This document shows, one piece after another, positions 40,666 through 56,140 of a stretch of DNA of 64,000 nt. The stretch covers positions 22,692,001 through 22,756,000 of the forward strand of contig NC_043015.1 of NCBI RefSeq assembly GCF_006345805.1. The letters run 5' to 3'. The notes under the pieces are model-generated. The model was not told the DNA's origin, ran no database searches, and saw only the letters and a list, made by a program, of their open reading frames with translations. The DNA is from Octopus sinensis. Taxonomy: Eukaryota. The translations under genes were made by a program, and so were the position numbers. Each line of letters begins with the position of its first letter. Within the stretch, counting starts at the first letter, position 1.

Positions 40666-43460
40666 GTAGTTATGCGTGAATATGTGGGGGATGTACGTAT
40701 GTCTGAGCGTGATTGTTGGTAGTTTTCCTTCCGTGTATGTCTGTGTTCTATGATTTAAACCAGTTCTATGCACTGGAATATATATTTGGATCGTTGTTAA
40801 TGTAGGGGTAAAATTTTTAAATGTCCAAGTGCTCTTTTTAGGTTTTCGCAACATTGGTAACCTCTTTTAAAAGTTTACAGTTGTTGATTGGTGTTACGCT
40901 TTATTTTGGATTAAAACATAAAAGATCACGTGACGTGTTAAAGTAACGCGAGACTGCGTAACGAAACAAATATAAATGCAAACGACTCCATTTGTTGAAG
41001 TTTAGTTTTATTCCGATTCGATTCAAGTTTTTGATAAAGGAAGAGAGCAATCCAAAATTGTTTCAGCTGAAATTTGATTGTTTACTCAAAACCTCGCGTT
41101 ATTCTATCATGATCTCACGTGATCTGCCTTGTTTTAATCAAAACTGGAAACGAATATTGAAGTTCCATGTGACAGGTCCAATTACCTTTGAAGGAAATTC
41201 CCTTAACATAAATCAAATGATAGCCTTAATCCATTAAGAAAGAAATTTTATCTACCAATTAGCTTTGGGCAGTCGTTCGTTATTAATACACACACGTATG
41301 TATATATATATGTTTACATTCATGTGTGTTTGCGTGTGTGTGTGTGCGCGTTAACCTATAGAAAACTGCCTCTAATCCGTCACGATGGGGATGTTGTTTT
41401 GCTGAATTCTACTTAGAATGTTCTGCCTGAAAATTGTTTCAAAATGATGGTAAGCAATATATGTACTAAATTATCTTCAGATGAGGATTTTACATGGTGT
41501 TTGCCCCTTTTAGACGTACATATTCCCGTATTGCTGAATTATATATAACAAGTTAAAGAATCTACCGTAAGCGGAAATGACACCATTAAAACTTTCGTAA
41601 CAATATTTTCCAACGTCAGGATATGTTTTTAATGAGTGTCACGAAATAAAATCACCGACAACTGCAGATAAAATCTCACCTACACCACCTGCAAACTAGA
41701 CTGTATTTATTCAGTCTTGCAAATGCTGAAAGTCCATTCCAAAACTCAGCAGTGTCTAGCAGGTCTCTGAAAGATGCTCGCCTCACAGATGTCAGACAAA
41801 TTTTTGTCCCTTGCTAAAGCGGTTCCCTACGAGCGATAAAATATTATTTGGTTTTCGGAAAATTCTTAATAATTGTGAGTCGATAAGAAGACATCTTTCT
41901 GATTTACCAGCCAAATTAAAATCAACTTTTTGCTGCACCAACTATTTAAATCCTTTACAAAAGACTTGACGCGAACAACGTGTGCACTAGTGCATCTAGA
42001 GTTACCAAGTTCTTCAACCGGAAACCTGAACGTTTCAGACCACAAACTCTCCATTTTTACGAATGTTCCTTTCGATTCCCCTAAATAATGTACTCCATAG
42101 ATGACACCTCTCCTCACCTAACATTCCTATCACATTCTTTAAAGGATTATCTTATTTCCAATAAGAGCCACCCCCACAACATATATTTTCTCGCACTATT
42201 ACTATCATCACCAACATCGCAAAAATATAACAGTCATGGCTAGGGACCTATCCCAATATATTCATTCTCTCAACCTTTAGTTTCAATAGATACCTACATA
42301 GGAGTGACCACTAAGGCCAAGCAATTTCTATTGGGAATCTACTCATCTGTTACAGATACCAATAGGCTTACACGCAAATGATTCAGAAGATATATTTCTA
42401 AATTCTATGAAAATAGAATTGCTACCATCTGACAAAGCAAAATTGAATGTCTATGGTGTCCACTTGACTTGCTTTTCTCGTATCAGTAACTTCATGTCAC
42501 TCGAATGTAGGAGTTGACACATTTTATTAGCTCTGTCATCTCCTTCTGTCGAATACCCTCCCTCTCTTCTTTCTCTACAAGAATGCAATATATGTTTTGA
42601 TCTTGATCTTAGCTATTGAAGAATTATACTAGTTTCTCCTATATCACTATATCCGAAATTAAATGTAGAAACAATCACTTATCTTCGTAACAACTATTGA
42701 TCGTTACGCCTGCAGAGCGTGACATTGATCAGCTTCAAATTTGAAACAAGTTGATTTATTCTTGAAGAAGACGAATCGTGTAAAATTTTAAGAAGGACTC
42801 TTCAATGGAGTAATGTTTTCATTGTACATATCGAATTTAATTGATTGGGATTATAAAGGTGCAGGCAATGAATAACAGATAAACTGATAACTGGAAAAGA
42901 AGATGATTATAAATTCATAAAATACATGTAGATAGAAAAGAGAGAGAGAGAGAGAGAGACAGTGCTAGATAGCTAGACAGAGTGAGAGGAGGGGAGAAAT
43001 AAAAGACATGGGAGAGAGCGAAAGGAACGGAAGGGCAAAAGTGATATTAGAGAACAGACAAATATCAAAAAGGCGATCTCAATGTAGATGTGGGGTCAGT
43101 GTTCGAATCGTGATATGAAACGTGAAAACGCATAAACAACGAAAATGAAGAAGTTAGTTACTAGAATCAAAGAAACGATAACTCTCAATAGGGAGAGTGG
43201 CTGTAAGTTAGTGGTAGCTTTATAACATATGACAACTGTATTTAGCAGTAGCAGCTTTGAGTAATATTCGTGTCAGAGATCTAGAAATTATTAATCAATA
43301 TATTTTAGTAATTTCTTTATATTCTGGGTGAAATTGCCTTACCAACATACATACCAACAACAAATAATTAGATAATGAATGTCTACTAATTACTATCGTT
43401 GTCTTTTTACATACACAAAGTTGCCTAGTTTCGTATAGTATGTTTACTTGTGTCCACTTT

Positions 43461-43646
43461 ACAATTATTTGACAGGTTTTATACAATCAAACGCTTAAAA
43501 GGTGACGCGCATGAAGTGTCCGCTGGCCGTTCGTCATCAATGTAAATTTACATACATAGAAACATACACGCATACCTCTAATTACACACACAAACAAGTT
43601 TATGTCCGAGGAACTATCAATCTATCTATCTATCTATATATCTATC

Positions 43647-43699
<53 letters not shown>

Positions 43700-43744
43700 G
43701 AATATACGTATATATATGCATGTGTCTGCATCTCTGTATATATA

Positions 43745-43791
<47 letters not shown>

Positions 43792-43824
43792 GATGCAGAC
43801 ACATGCATATATATACGTATATTC

Positions 43825-43885
<61 letters not shown>

Positions 43886-44069
43886 TAGATATATAGATAG
43901 ATAGATAGATTGATAGTTCCTCGGACATAAACTTGTTTGTGTGTGTAATTAGAGGTATGCGTGTATGTTTCTATGTATGTAAATTTACATTGATGACGAA
44001 CGGCCAGCGGACACTTCATGCGCGTCACCTTTTAAGCGTTTGATTGTATAAAACCTGTCAAATAATTGT
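43461..44069. repeat. ~610 bp near-perfect palindrome centred in a (TA)n tract
   Basis: The arms are reverse complements; mirror-image ORFs 43502..43888(+) and 43642..44028(-) put the centre at ~43765. Confidence 0.95.
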
Positions 44070-44076
44070 CAAATAA

Positions 44077-44116
<40 letters not shown>

Positions 44117-45249
44117 ATGTATTTATATACATAAATGTTTTGAGAGAGAGTGGTAGAGAGACAGATGTGTGTGTATATTTGTTTCTATATATCTTCCTAT
44201 ATCTATATACCTATATATTTTTCAATCTCTCATCTCTCTCGCTCTCTTTCTCTCTCAATATATATGTGTGCGTGTGTCTGTGTGTGCATTTGATTCCATG
44301 TGTATGTATGTATGTGTGTGTGTCTGTATCTATGTATGTGGTGTTGTATACACATATCCCGCTGTAATCAAGAAGAAACAATCAAAGGTGATTGCATTAC
44401 TCAAACTTATCATTAGAGGAAACTGACTGTGCTGCTGTTTGTTGTTGCCGTCGTGGTGTTGGTGTTGCTGTCGATGATGATGATGTTTTTAGCGCTATAG
44501 GTAACCGAGTGGTAGCTGTCATAATGGCAGTCCTGGTGAGCAAATTCATAGAAAGTATTGCCTTATAACATACCAGCTGGACACAGACAATATCATATTC
44601 AATTAATCGAGACACGCTTCTAGAAGTTTTCATCGTAGATTTCAATTAATTTTTCATCGGTGTTCAGACCCAAGAGGTTTGTCGATATTAGCCATCTTCG
44701 GTCATTTTGTTAACCTTCAGTGTTAATATAGGCAGCAATATAATAATATTTATCCCGTAAGATAATTCATGTATTTCTTGTTTTCTCAGCATTAAAATAA
44801 TCATTACAAATTAAAGGCCACACGCTATATAGGAAGTATCTGTGATTAATAAGAAATGTTCTCCTTCCTTTGTCAATTTATAAGTCTGCATTATATTGGT
44901 TATAAAGAATACTGATAATATTTGAATATTTGATAATGTGAGAACTTGTAGGTTACTTCGAGTATAATCATAAATGTACGGAAATAGAAATGTGATTTAA
45001 ATATATTTAACTTTGCCAAAATTAGTGGAAAAAAGACAGACAGACAGACAAACACACACACACAAACACGAACACACACATACTCACACGAAAGAAAAAA
45101 AAAAGTTTAAAAATTATTTGGAAGTGTCTATAGCTAAAAATCAGCAACCTTTTGTTCACATCTGCGTTATAGACACACTGTATAAAAGTACTGCTTATAT
45201 AATGATGATGATGATGAAGATGATGATAACGATGATGATGTTGAATATC

Positions 45250-45325
<76 letters not shown>

Positions 45326-45338
45326 TAACAATAATAAC

Positions 45339-45397
<59 letters not shown>

Positions 45398-45456
45398 TAA
45401 TAATAATAATAGAAATAATAATAGTAATAACAATTATTATTATTATTATTATTATT

Positions 45457-47501
<2,045 letters not shown>

Positions 47502-48951
47502 ATAAGTGAATAAATAATCAGACCTATTTTGTTGTCTCAAGATATATCAAAGTTAAATTTGCTTCGTGGAGGATTTGAGAACAGAACAATAATATGAATA
47601 AAGATTTAGATACAATGTAAAAAATAGTTGAGAGATGTTAGTTTTCTAGCCTATTGACTTCATGGTTACATATTTTATCAACATCAGTGGAGTGATGATA
47701 TTAATGTTGACCTCAGTGTTATTTGAAATCGAAACATAAGGTGCCGAAATAAATGGAGTAAAGAATTTTTGTTACCGATATTTTAACGATTTTCCCAGAT
47801 CAAGATGCTTCAACAATCTTCACTCGTTTACATCGACCATAGTATTTGAGTGTATATTTGTTAATTTGATACCATTTCTGTTGGAGGGCAAAGAAGATGT
47901 TGACGAAATTTGAACTCTAAATGTAAAGATCCTAAACAAATAGAGTTAGAAAATTATTTGGGAACCCTAACGAATTTGTCAGCTCACCGTCCTAACGATG
48001 AGAATAATTGTAAGTTCATGATTATACAGGAGGCGAAGCATTGTATGCAGGTATCTTTTACGGTTATATAGATAGTATCTATTGGATAATACGTATTTTA
48101 TGCAACTTGGAAGAGGATGCAATGTTGACAATTGTGTCAATTGATGTTGGATTTTAAAAGGATGCGTCTTAATATAACAGCGTGTTTTCCAATTCTCTCC
48201 TCGCCAGGTAGGTGTATTTTCAAGTGGAATTTAGGTTAAGAAGTCTTAAGTAGAGGACGGAATATTATTGTCTTGGTATAGCATTTACGGATTAGTATTT
48301 CAGATGAAACTTTGGATGGATAATGGTAATTTGATATAATTTTAACATGATAATTGGAATTTTGCATTTTGATATGGGTATATCTTGGATATTAGAGATT
48401 GGTATCTGAAAACGAGGACAAAATATTGTCAGATTTATGATGGATATTTTCATTTAGTGATTTGAAGAAAGAACTTTCTCACTGGCACTTCAGGTTGAAG
48501 AATGAATCTTAGCAGTAAAAGAAATGGGTTTTAGTATCTGGCATTTTTTATGGAAAGGATTAGCATTATAAGGTAAAGGCGGGATATTTGCATTGAAATC
48601 TAGAGAATAGAGATTTAAATTCCCATATAAGTTTGTAGGTTGGTATTGTTATATACTTATTCGATTTTGAAATTCTAAGATGGGAATTGATGTTTGGTTT
48701 ATAAAAGAGAGAGATGGGGTACATATTTTTAGATGGAACTTGGAAATTAGAATATTAAGAACAGACACCCGAATTTCGAGTTGGGTTCCGAAAATATGGA
48801 TTGTGAACGGAATTTGTTAAGACGCATTGTATTTGGTAATTGTAGATTGTTATTGCAATAACGATTCAAATTCATCGCGAAATTTTAGGATGAAGATTGT
48901 TTTCGAAATTGATAAATGGCTGCTATTTTAATGTGTTTACAGGGCTTCAGA

Positions 48952-49015
48952 TTCTGATTTAATTCTGATATTTTGGTAATAGTTTCTGATTTAATTCTGA
49001 TATTTTGGTAATAGT
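48952..49015. repeat. Tandem duplication, period 32 bp
   Basis: ttctgatttaattctgatattttggtaatagt twice. Confidence 0.9.
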
Positions 49016-49412
49016 TTCTAAAATAGATATGGGCCCAGAAATTTTTTCGCCAGAGTAAGCAGCTACAATACTGACCCAGTGTTTCCTTATATCGATTGCA
49101 GAAGAAAGAAAGCCAAAGCACACAGAGGAGATGCATAAAAAGGTGAGTGAAAGCCCCAGGAAAGAGTTGCTATATACTCTGACTAATCCACATCATTAGT
49201 AATGCTAATTAGAATGATGGTGATTTCAATTTTTAATTTCACTACTGGGGACCTGAATCCATGTAAACAAAACAAAAACAGATATTTTAATGATTTCTGA
49301 ATTGGCACGGTTCCATTCTGAATTCAGAGAAGGGAGAACTTTAACAAATCGGCATCGGTTGTACCACGCGTTGTATGTAATTTACCTTCCTCATCTTCGG
49401 AGATAACTATAT

Positions 49413-49486
<74 letters not shown>

Positions 49487-49487
49487 G

Positions 49488-49519
<32 letters not shown>

Positions 49520-49669
49520 TATGTATATATATATATGTATATATATATAAGTATATATACATGTATATATGTATATGTATATATATATGTATATATGTAT
49601 ATATGTATATATATATATATTATATGTATATATATGTTATATATATGTATATATGCATATATCTATATG

Positions 49670-49702
<33 letters not shown>

Positions 49703-50049
49703 GTATATATAATATGTATATATGCATACATCTATATGTATATATATATATGTATATATATTATATATATGTATATATGCATATATCTATATGTATATAT
49801 ATATATGTATATATGTATATCTATATGTATATATAGCAAGCCTGGACCTATCATAAATAAACGACCCTACCTCGCCTAAGCCGAGCAGCCAACTGATCAA
49901 CATCAACGAAGCACATGGGTGAGTTTACATATATTACATCCGTAACTGTCAGACTTTTACGAATTGCATTTCGGGGAAAGAAAAGTTTTTTCGCAATAAA
50001 GTTGGCTGCTCGGCTTAGGCGAGGTAGGGTCGTTATTTATGATACGTCC

Positions 50050-50098
50050 AGGCTTGCTGATGAATACAGAGGTATGAAATCGCAGGTGATACAAGTCT
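50050..50098 (+). ncRNA. Type I hammerhead ribozyme
   Basis: aggcttg CUGAUGA atac agag gtat GAAA tcg cagg tga UA caagtct. All core nucleotides are present and three stems pair. Predicted cut after 50091 (AUA). Confidence 0.85.
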
Positions 50099-50370
50099 AT
50101 ACTTTTAAATGTCTTACTTTGAAAAATTGCATTCGGTGGGATTAGTAAAATTTTTGGTAGAAATGACTAATTTTGTCCCTCTTAGCGTGTGGCATGTATG
50201 TATAATAATGCCCTCTATATATAAACTATATGTATATATATATGTATATATATGTGTGTGTATATATATGTATATATATTATATGTATATATATACATAT
50301 ATATGTATATATATAAGTATATATACATGTATATATGTATATGTATATATGTATATGTATATATATATAG

Positions 50371-50405
<35 letters not shown>

Positions 50406-50839
50406 GTATATATGCATATATCTATATGTATATATATATATCTATATATATATATATGTAATATATATATATATATATGTATATATATGTATATATATAT
50501 GTATATATGCATACATCTATATGTATATATATATATGTATATATATGTATATATATATGTATATATGCATATATCTATATGTATATATATATATGTATAT
50601 ATGTATATCTATATGTATATATAGCAAGCCTGGACCTATCATAAATAAACGACCCTACCTCGCCTAAGCCGAGCAGCCAACTGATCAACATCAACGAAGC
50701 ACATGGGTGTGTTTACATATATTACATCCGGTAACTGTCAGACTTTTACGAATTGCATTTCGGGGAAAGAAAAGTTTTTTCGGAATAAAGTTGGCTGCTC
50801 GGCTTAGGCGAGGTAGGGTCGTTTATTTATGATACGTCC

Positions 50840-50888
50840 AGGCTTGCTGATGAATACAGAGGTATGAAATCGCAGGTGATACAAGTCT
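50840..50888 (+). ncRNA. Type I hammerhead ribozyme, identical second copy
   Basis: Same sequence as 50050-50098. Confidence 0.8.
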
Positions 50889-51296
50889 ATATTTTTAAAT
50901 GTCTTACTTTGAAAAATTGCATTCGGTGGGATTAGTAAAATTTTTGGTAGAAATGACTAATTTTGTCCCTCTTAGCGTGTGGCATGTATGTATAATAATG
51001 CCCTCTATATATAAACTATATGTATATATATATATGTATATATATGTGTGTATATATATGTATATATATATGTATATATATGTGTGTGTATATATATGTA
51101 TATATATATGTATATATACATATATATGTAATATATATATATACATATATATATACATATATATATATCCATATATATATGTATATATATATGTATATAT
51201 ATATATGTATATATATTATATATATACATATATATATATACATATACATATATATATATACATATATACATATGTATTTATATATATATGTATGTT

Positions 51297-51337
<41 letters not shown>

Positions 51338-54300
51338 ATGTATGTATGTATATATGCAACTTTCTTCATCCAGTAGTAAGCTGTGAAACTGTTCGTATGT
51401 GCGTATACTTCTATCACTGACGTCGTTTCTCATTGTCTCCATCCCTCTCCCTCAATCTCATAGAAATATATATGCATATACTTACACATATATATGTATA
51501 ATTACCTATAGAGAGGTGACGCAAAGTCTCCAGTTATCTGTTGGTAACTTACCTTTCAGTGTCTAATTTAACGTGTTTTATCTTCTCTCCTAAAACACAA
51601 ATGCTTTTAATAGCGTTTTGTGCTTAATTGTAATTGGAAGTTGATATAACGTAAAAAAAACAACAAATCATTGTGAGAAAGCACGACATTGATAAATTTA
51701 CATGCAGTGAACTAAGTTGTCATGCTTTATGAATGAAGGGAGTCCAATCGAAAAGTCACGGAAGTGCTCAGAATTTTTCATCGAACAATGAATAAACATC
51801 AAAATATGACTTGATGATGGCTTTTTGCGTGTGAAGGCTCTTTGGAGGCAGTAAAATGTTCCTAATCGGCACAAGCAGGTTGTTAAGAGTGAAGTTATGT
51901 AACATCGATGTGCAGCTGTTATACCGATTGTAAGTGACGTGATTTGTTGCGGTGTTGCGGAAGCAAGTGTATTAGAAACTATCTTATAGGAGAAAAGTCA
52001 GATAAAGATAGATATGGATATAGGAAGATATGTCTCGATATAAATTTAGATGTTTATGTGTAAATCTATATATTTGCGTACGCGTAATTTCAACTAATCC
52101 AGTATTTAGTTATTCGGAAGTCTTTCCACCTTCTAAGTCAATGCTTCAGAGAATTCAAAAGCTAGATAAAATGGCAGAATATCGCTTCAAAATCATATAT
52201 AGAGAAAAAAGTTATTCGGCTGGGTTAGAAAGTTTGCATCGATAAAACATACTGTATTTCGAAATAGTTTGGATATTGTAAAATATTTAACACAGATACA
52301 CGCATTTGGCTAAGTTCAGAAGAGAAAATTTGCGAAGAAAATCTAAGGCTAAATAAAAGAACGAATGAACAAAAACAATGGAAAGTAATGGTTTATCATT
52401 GCTGTTAATCTCTAGGAATATTTGTATATAATATAATGTATACACACATACATAATACATACATACACGCATACATGCACTTCATAATACATTCACACAC
52501 ACACACATACATACGTACATACATACATACATACATGCATAATACTTACATACATACTAAGGTATATCGATATAGAGAGCAGAAAGGAAATCTCTCTCCA
52601 AACAAGCTAGATATTTTGGGCAAAATTTAAGGTTTTGTCCATTTGAAATCACTCGTGCTGCACTTTCATTATCCCGCAAGCTACATTGATAGCGGAAGTA
52701 GTGAGAGACGTTCAACGTGTTCACAGCACATATTAAAATGACAAGGTCTCATTTCCATCGAGGCAAGGTCTACAAAACAGTTGAGTCGCAGTCGACATAG
52801 CAGCGTCAACTTGTATTTCAGACAAAAATAGGAAGCACCACTTTTTTCCCTTATTCTGATCGATCAAAGATAAAAAGTACAACAACAATAATAATGTGAA
52901 GAAAGAGTAAGAAGTATTTATATCAGTGTTTGATGAAATATATAACAGAAATTCATAGAGATGCTGTTATTTATTCGTAGCTAAGGAATCGCCAACTACA
53001 ATACTAAGCAATGAACATGCTCAAAGAAAATAGCTTATTAGTAGAAACAACAATTTCTTTTATTTTCATTTAGAAATAATTACACTCACTATTTGGAAAA
53101 GGAAAGCTACTCTGCAAGGAAGATTATTTTCGTATATTCAAGCATGAAATTAACTGAAATTCATTTATTAGAAAGCTATATGTACATATGTATATATGTA
53201 TGTATGTATACACATATATATATATACACATAAATTCATGCACAGCGGCAGTACGATGACACAAATATACATACATATATGCATGTAGGTTATACATATA
53301 TACACATATATAAAAATACACAGACACATGTATCTGAATATATATATATATATATGCATATACGCACACAAGGACACCCATGTATATATGTGTGTGGTGT
53401 GTGTGTGTGCTTGTGCGCGTATATGAAATTCTAGGACGTCGTCGTTATTTTGATTATTTCGAAAATCTGAGTAATATTGCTGCCTAAGATATTCAATTAT
53501 ACAGCAAACAGTATACAGTAACTTCTATGATGCATTGGATAAACACTTGGTCGGTCTGACAAAATATTTATTCAACAAAACTGACGATATATCTACCGCC
53601 ATTTTCGACGAAAACTGATTTGTGTTGATAAGAAAGAAAACACATTGAAAATACACGAATGCTGATTTGAAAAAGCATTTCGAATCAAAGACATACGAGG
53701 AAGCCATTATGTGAAATTGCTTTCGTTGAGTTTGACAATGTATACTATGTAAACATACTTTTCGCATATTCTCATAGTACGTTACTTTCGAAAACCCTAG
53801 ATATTCCCAACCGACTCATTCTTGTCCATACAATTTTTTATCTTGTAATTAACAATATCATTGAAAATTCTTCCAATATACGAATTCTATGAGACAAATG
53901 GAATTATATTGCCGTCTTCCTTCTCAATTCATATTCCTAACTAAGTTTTCCGCATTATAAAGAGATAGTTCTATATAATTTTGCTTTCTAGAAGAATCTT
54001 TTCAGTAAAGCGTATGAATGTTATCGTTTCAGATCAATTATCTTCCAGATACTTATTCCGTGGAATCGATTGTGAGGAAATACAAGTCCCAATATTGACA
54101 TTATCGCTCGTTGTTATAGGAATACTACAATCTTAGTTGACGTATACAGTTCAGTATTGTACACGTGTCTCTTTTCAAGATTAAATTAATAATGATATCC
54201 GATATAACATCGATGTAAGTAAATCGACTACAATCTAACAAAATCTCTAAAAATCAAATAAGGCCCCAAAATTTCAATGCAGCCCAAATTTTGTTTTCTA

Positions 54301-55739
54301 TTACTAAGCCCATTTGAAATTTCCCTCGGAATTCTACTTTACTACTACAGATACTTTTCCCGGAGGTAGCCTTTCTGTGGCAGTTCTACGTATTGTTAGA
54401 AATAGCGACCGATTTTTCAAAAATATCATGATACTCTCTCCCGTAAAATTTACGTTTTAGATAACCATACATTCTTAACTTTGCACGATCTGAACTGAAC
54501 TTATGAAATGAATAACCCTAATACTGTGTCGCAAGACTTAAGATTGGGTCTGAAGATTGAAAATGCGTTGCTAAAGCTTGTGCGCGTTACTGGAAATAAA
54601 CTAAAACAATCATAAAATATTAATAGAAAATTAGAATTACCCAACTTCATAAACGTTGCTGTTCTTCAAAGTTAAATTAGCAATCTGTGTTTTTATATCA
54701 ACCATTAACAGCCATAAGCTAAGACCTGATGTTTATTCGAAGGACGCACATTTTGGAAACTATGCTTAATTTATGAAACATCTGAATTTGTTATTTTCTT
54801 TTTCATGTCAATTTGACATTCTCTCACTATATGATTTCATTTATTTAATTAATTATTCAAATATTTCCCTTAACTGATAGATAGAGTTGTTACATATATG
54901 TACACATTTTCTTTTAACGTTTTTATTGTTTTTGTTGCTTGTGGCTTTTTTACTTAAAGTTTCTTTCTGTTTTCTTTTTTGTATCTGACATCCGATTACG
55001 TAATCAGCGTAAAACTATTAAGCATCAATCTCTTTTGATTTGAAACGCTGTCATTTCTCCATTAATATCTGTCACACAACAAACCTTCGCTCAGCGTTTT
55101 CAGTTGACGAGGAAAATAAAATTACTCCAGGACGAATCATTAGCAGTGAAGGAAACATATCAAAATTTAATTATCTCGAATACCTTATCAGAAGACAACT
55201 ATAACTGGAATGTATAAAATTTGATTAATAATTCTACGGAAGATGATGTCGAAAAGAACATCTTTATATATTAATCGCATTAGGCACTTCTGAGCTACAT
55301 GAAGGCGAAATTGCATAATTTTCTCCTTCGTCCGAAATATAATTGTCTGTCATGTTATGCATATCAATCTATCAATTTAGTATTCATATTTTGTACTTTA
55401 TATTTGACGGAATATAAACGGCATTCCTTGGATATGTTTACTCTCCTCTTTCTCTTGCAAAAAAACTTATGGCAATAAAATATATTACGCTCCTAAAATT
55501 ATTAGTTCAATACGAACTTTTCATATGAACTGGAACGCGTGTTAAGTCACAAACACTTGTAAATTTAAATGTTCATGGCCATTTGTAGCATTTATGTAAC
55601 AATTGGTGAAAGATCTAACGTTAGGATTTCTTTAAGGTATGACAATATTTTACTGATGATATCAACGTAAGAAGAGTCGCGGAAGCAGAGGTTCACAATT
55701 CACCGCCAGGCTAGGATCCATTGCACTATCAGATATGTA

Positions 55740-56140
55740 CAACATCGATATGAGATGAGAAAATAATAAGGTTCTGTTTAATAATCACAGCCAGAGAATA
55801 GTAACTGACTTTTTGGGAAGATGTTGATAATTACACAGAACACAAGACAATCAGTTTTTTGTTCATGTAAAAGTCAGGAAATAAGCTGACAGCCACGAAA
55901 GTGGCACACTTTAACAGAAGCGATAAAATCTCGTATGGTACAGCTATATAAACACCGATACGACGCCCTTTCGAAAACCATCATTCAGGGTATATTTACT
56001 GAGGACCAAAGATGAGGCAGCTAGATATAAACCGGATGTGGCAACATCACAAACTGAGAGGTTTCAACATCTCTTCTGTGTGTGACACTACAGGTAGAAT
56101 TAGTGATTGTGTACTTCCAAAACTACTAGTATGGCGGATG
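55740..56140 (+). mobile_element. Degenerate RTE LINE 3' end
   Basis: LVWYSYI..RYDALSKTIIQGIF..QR*G resembles the RTE motif L.WFGHV.R.D.L.K.ILQG...G.RRRG. Confidence 0.5.

Larger units (their letters stand above)
49835..51020 (+). mobile_element. Two tandem ~390 bp HHR-bearing elements (period ~790 bp), separated by a TA/TG microsatellite
   Basis: 49835-50228 matches 50623-51018; each unit has a ~60 bp IR (49835-49894/50000-50058) and an HHR. Confidence 0.85.

Noticed and set aside
41880-42450. Possible PLE relic (TYIGVTT)
   Set aside because: A single short motif that could be chance.
44397-44645. 82 aa ORF
   Set aside because: Partly low-complexity trinucleotide sequence with no recognisable domain.
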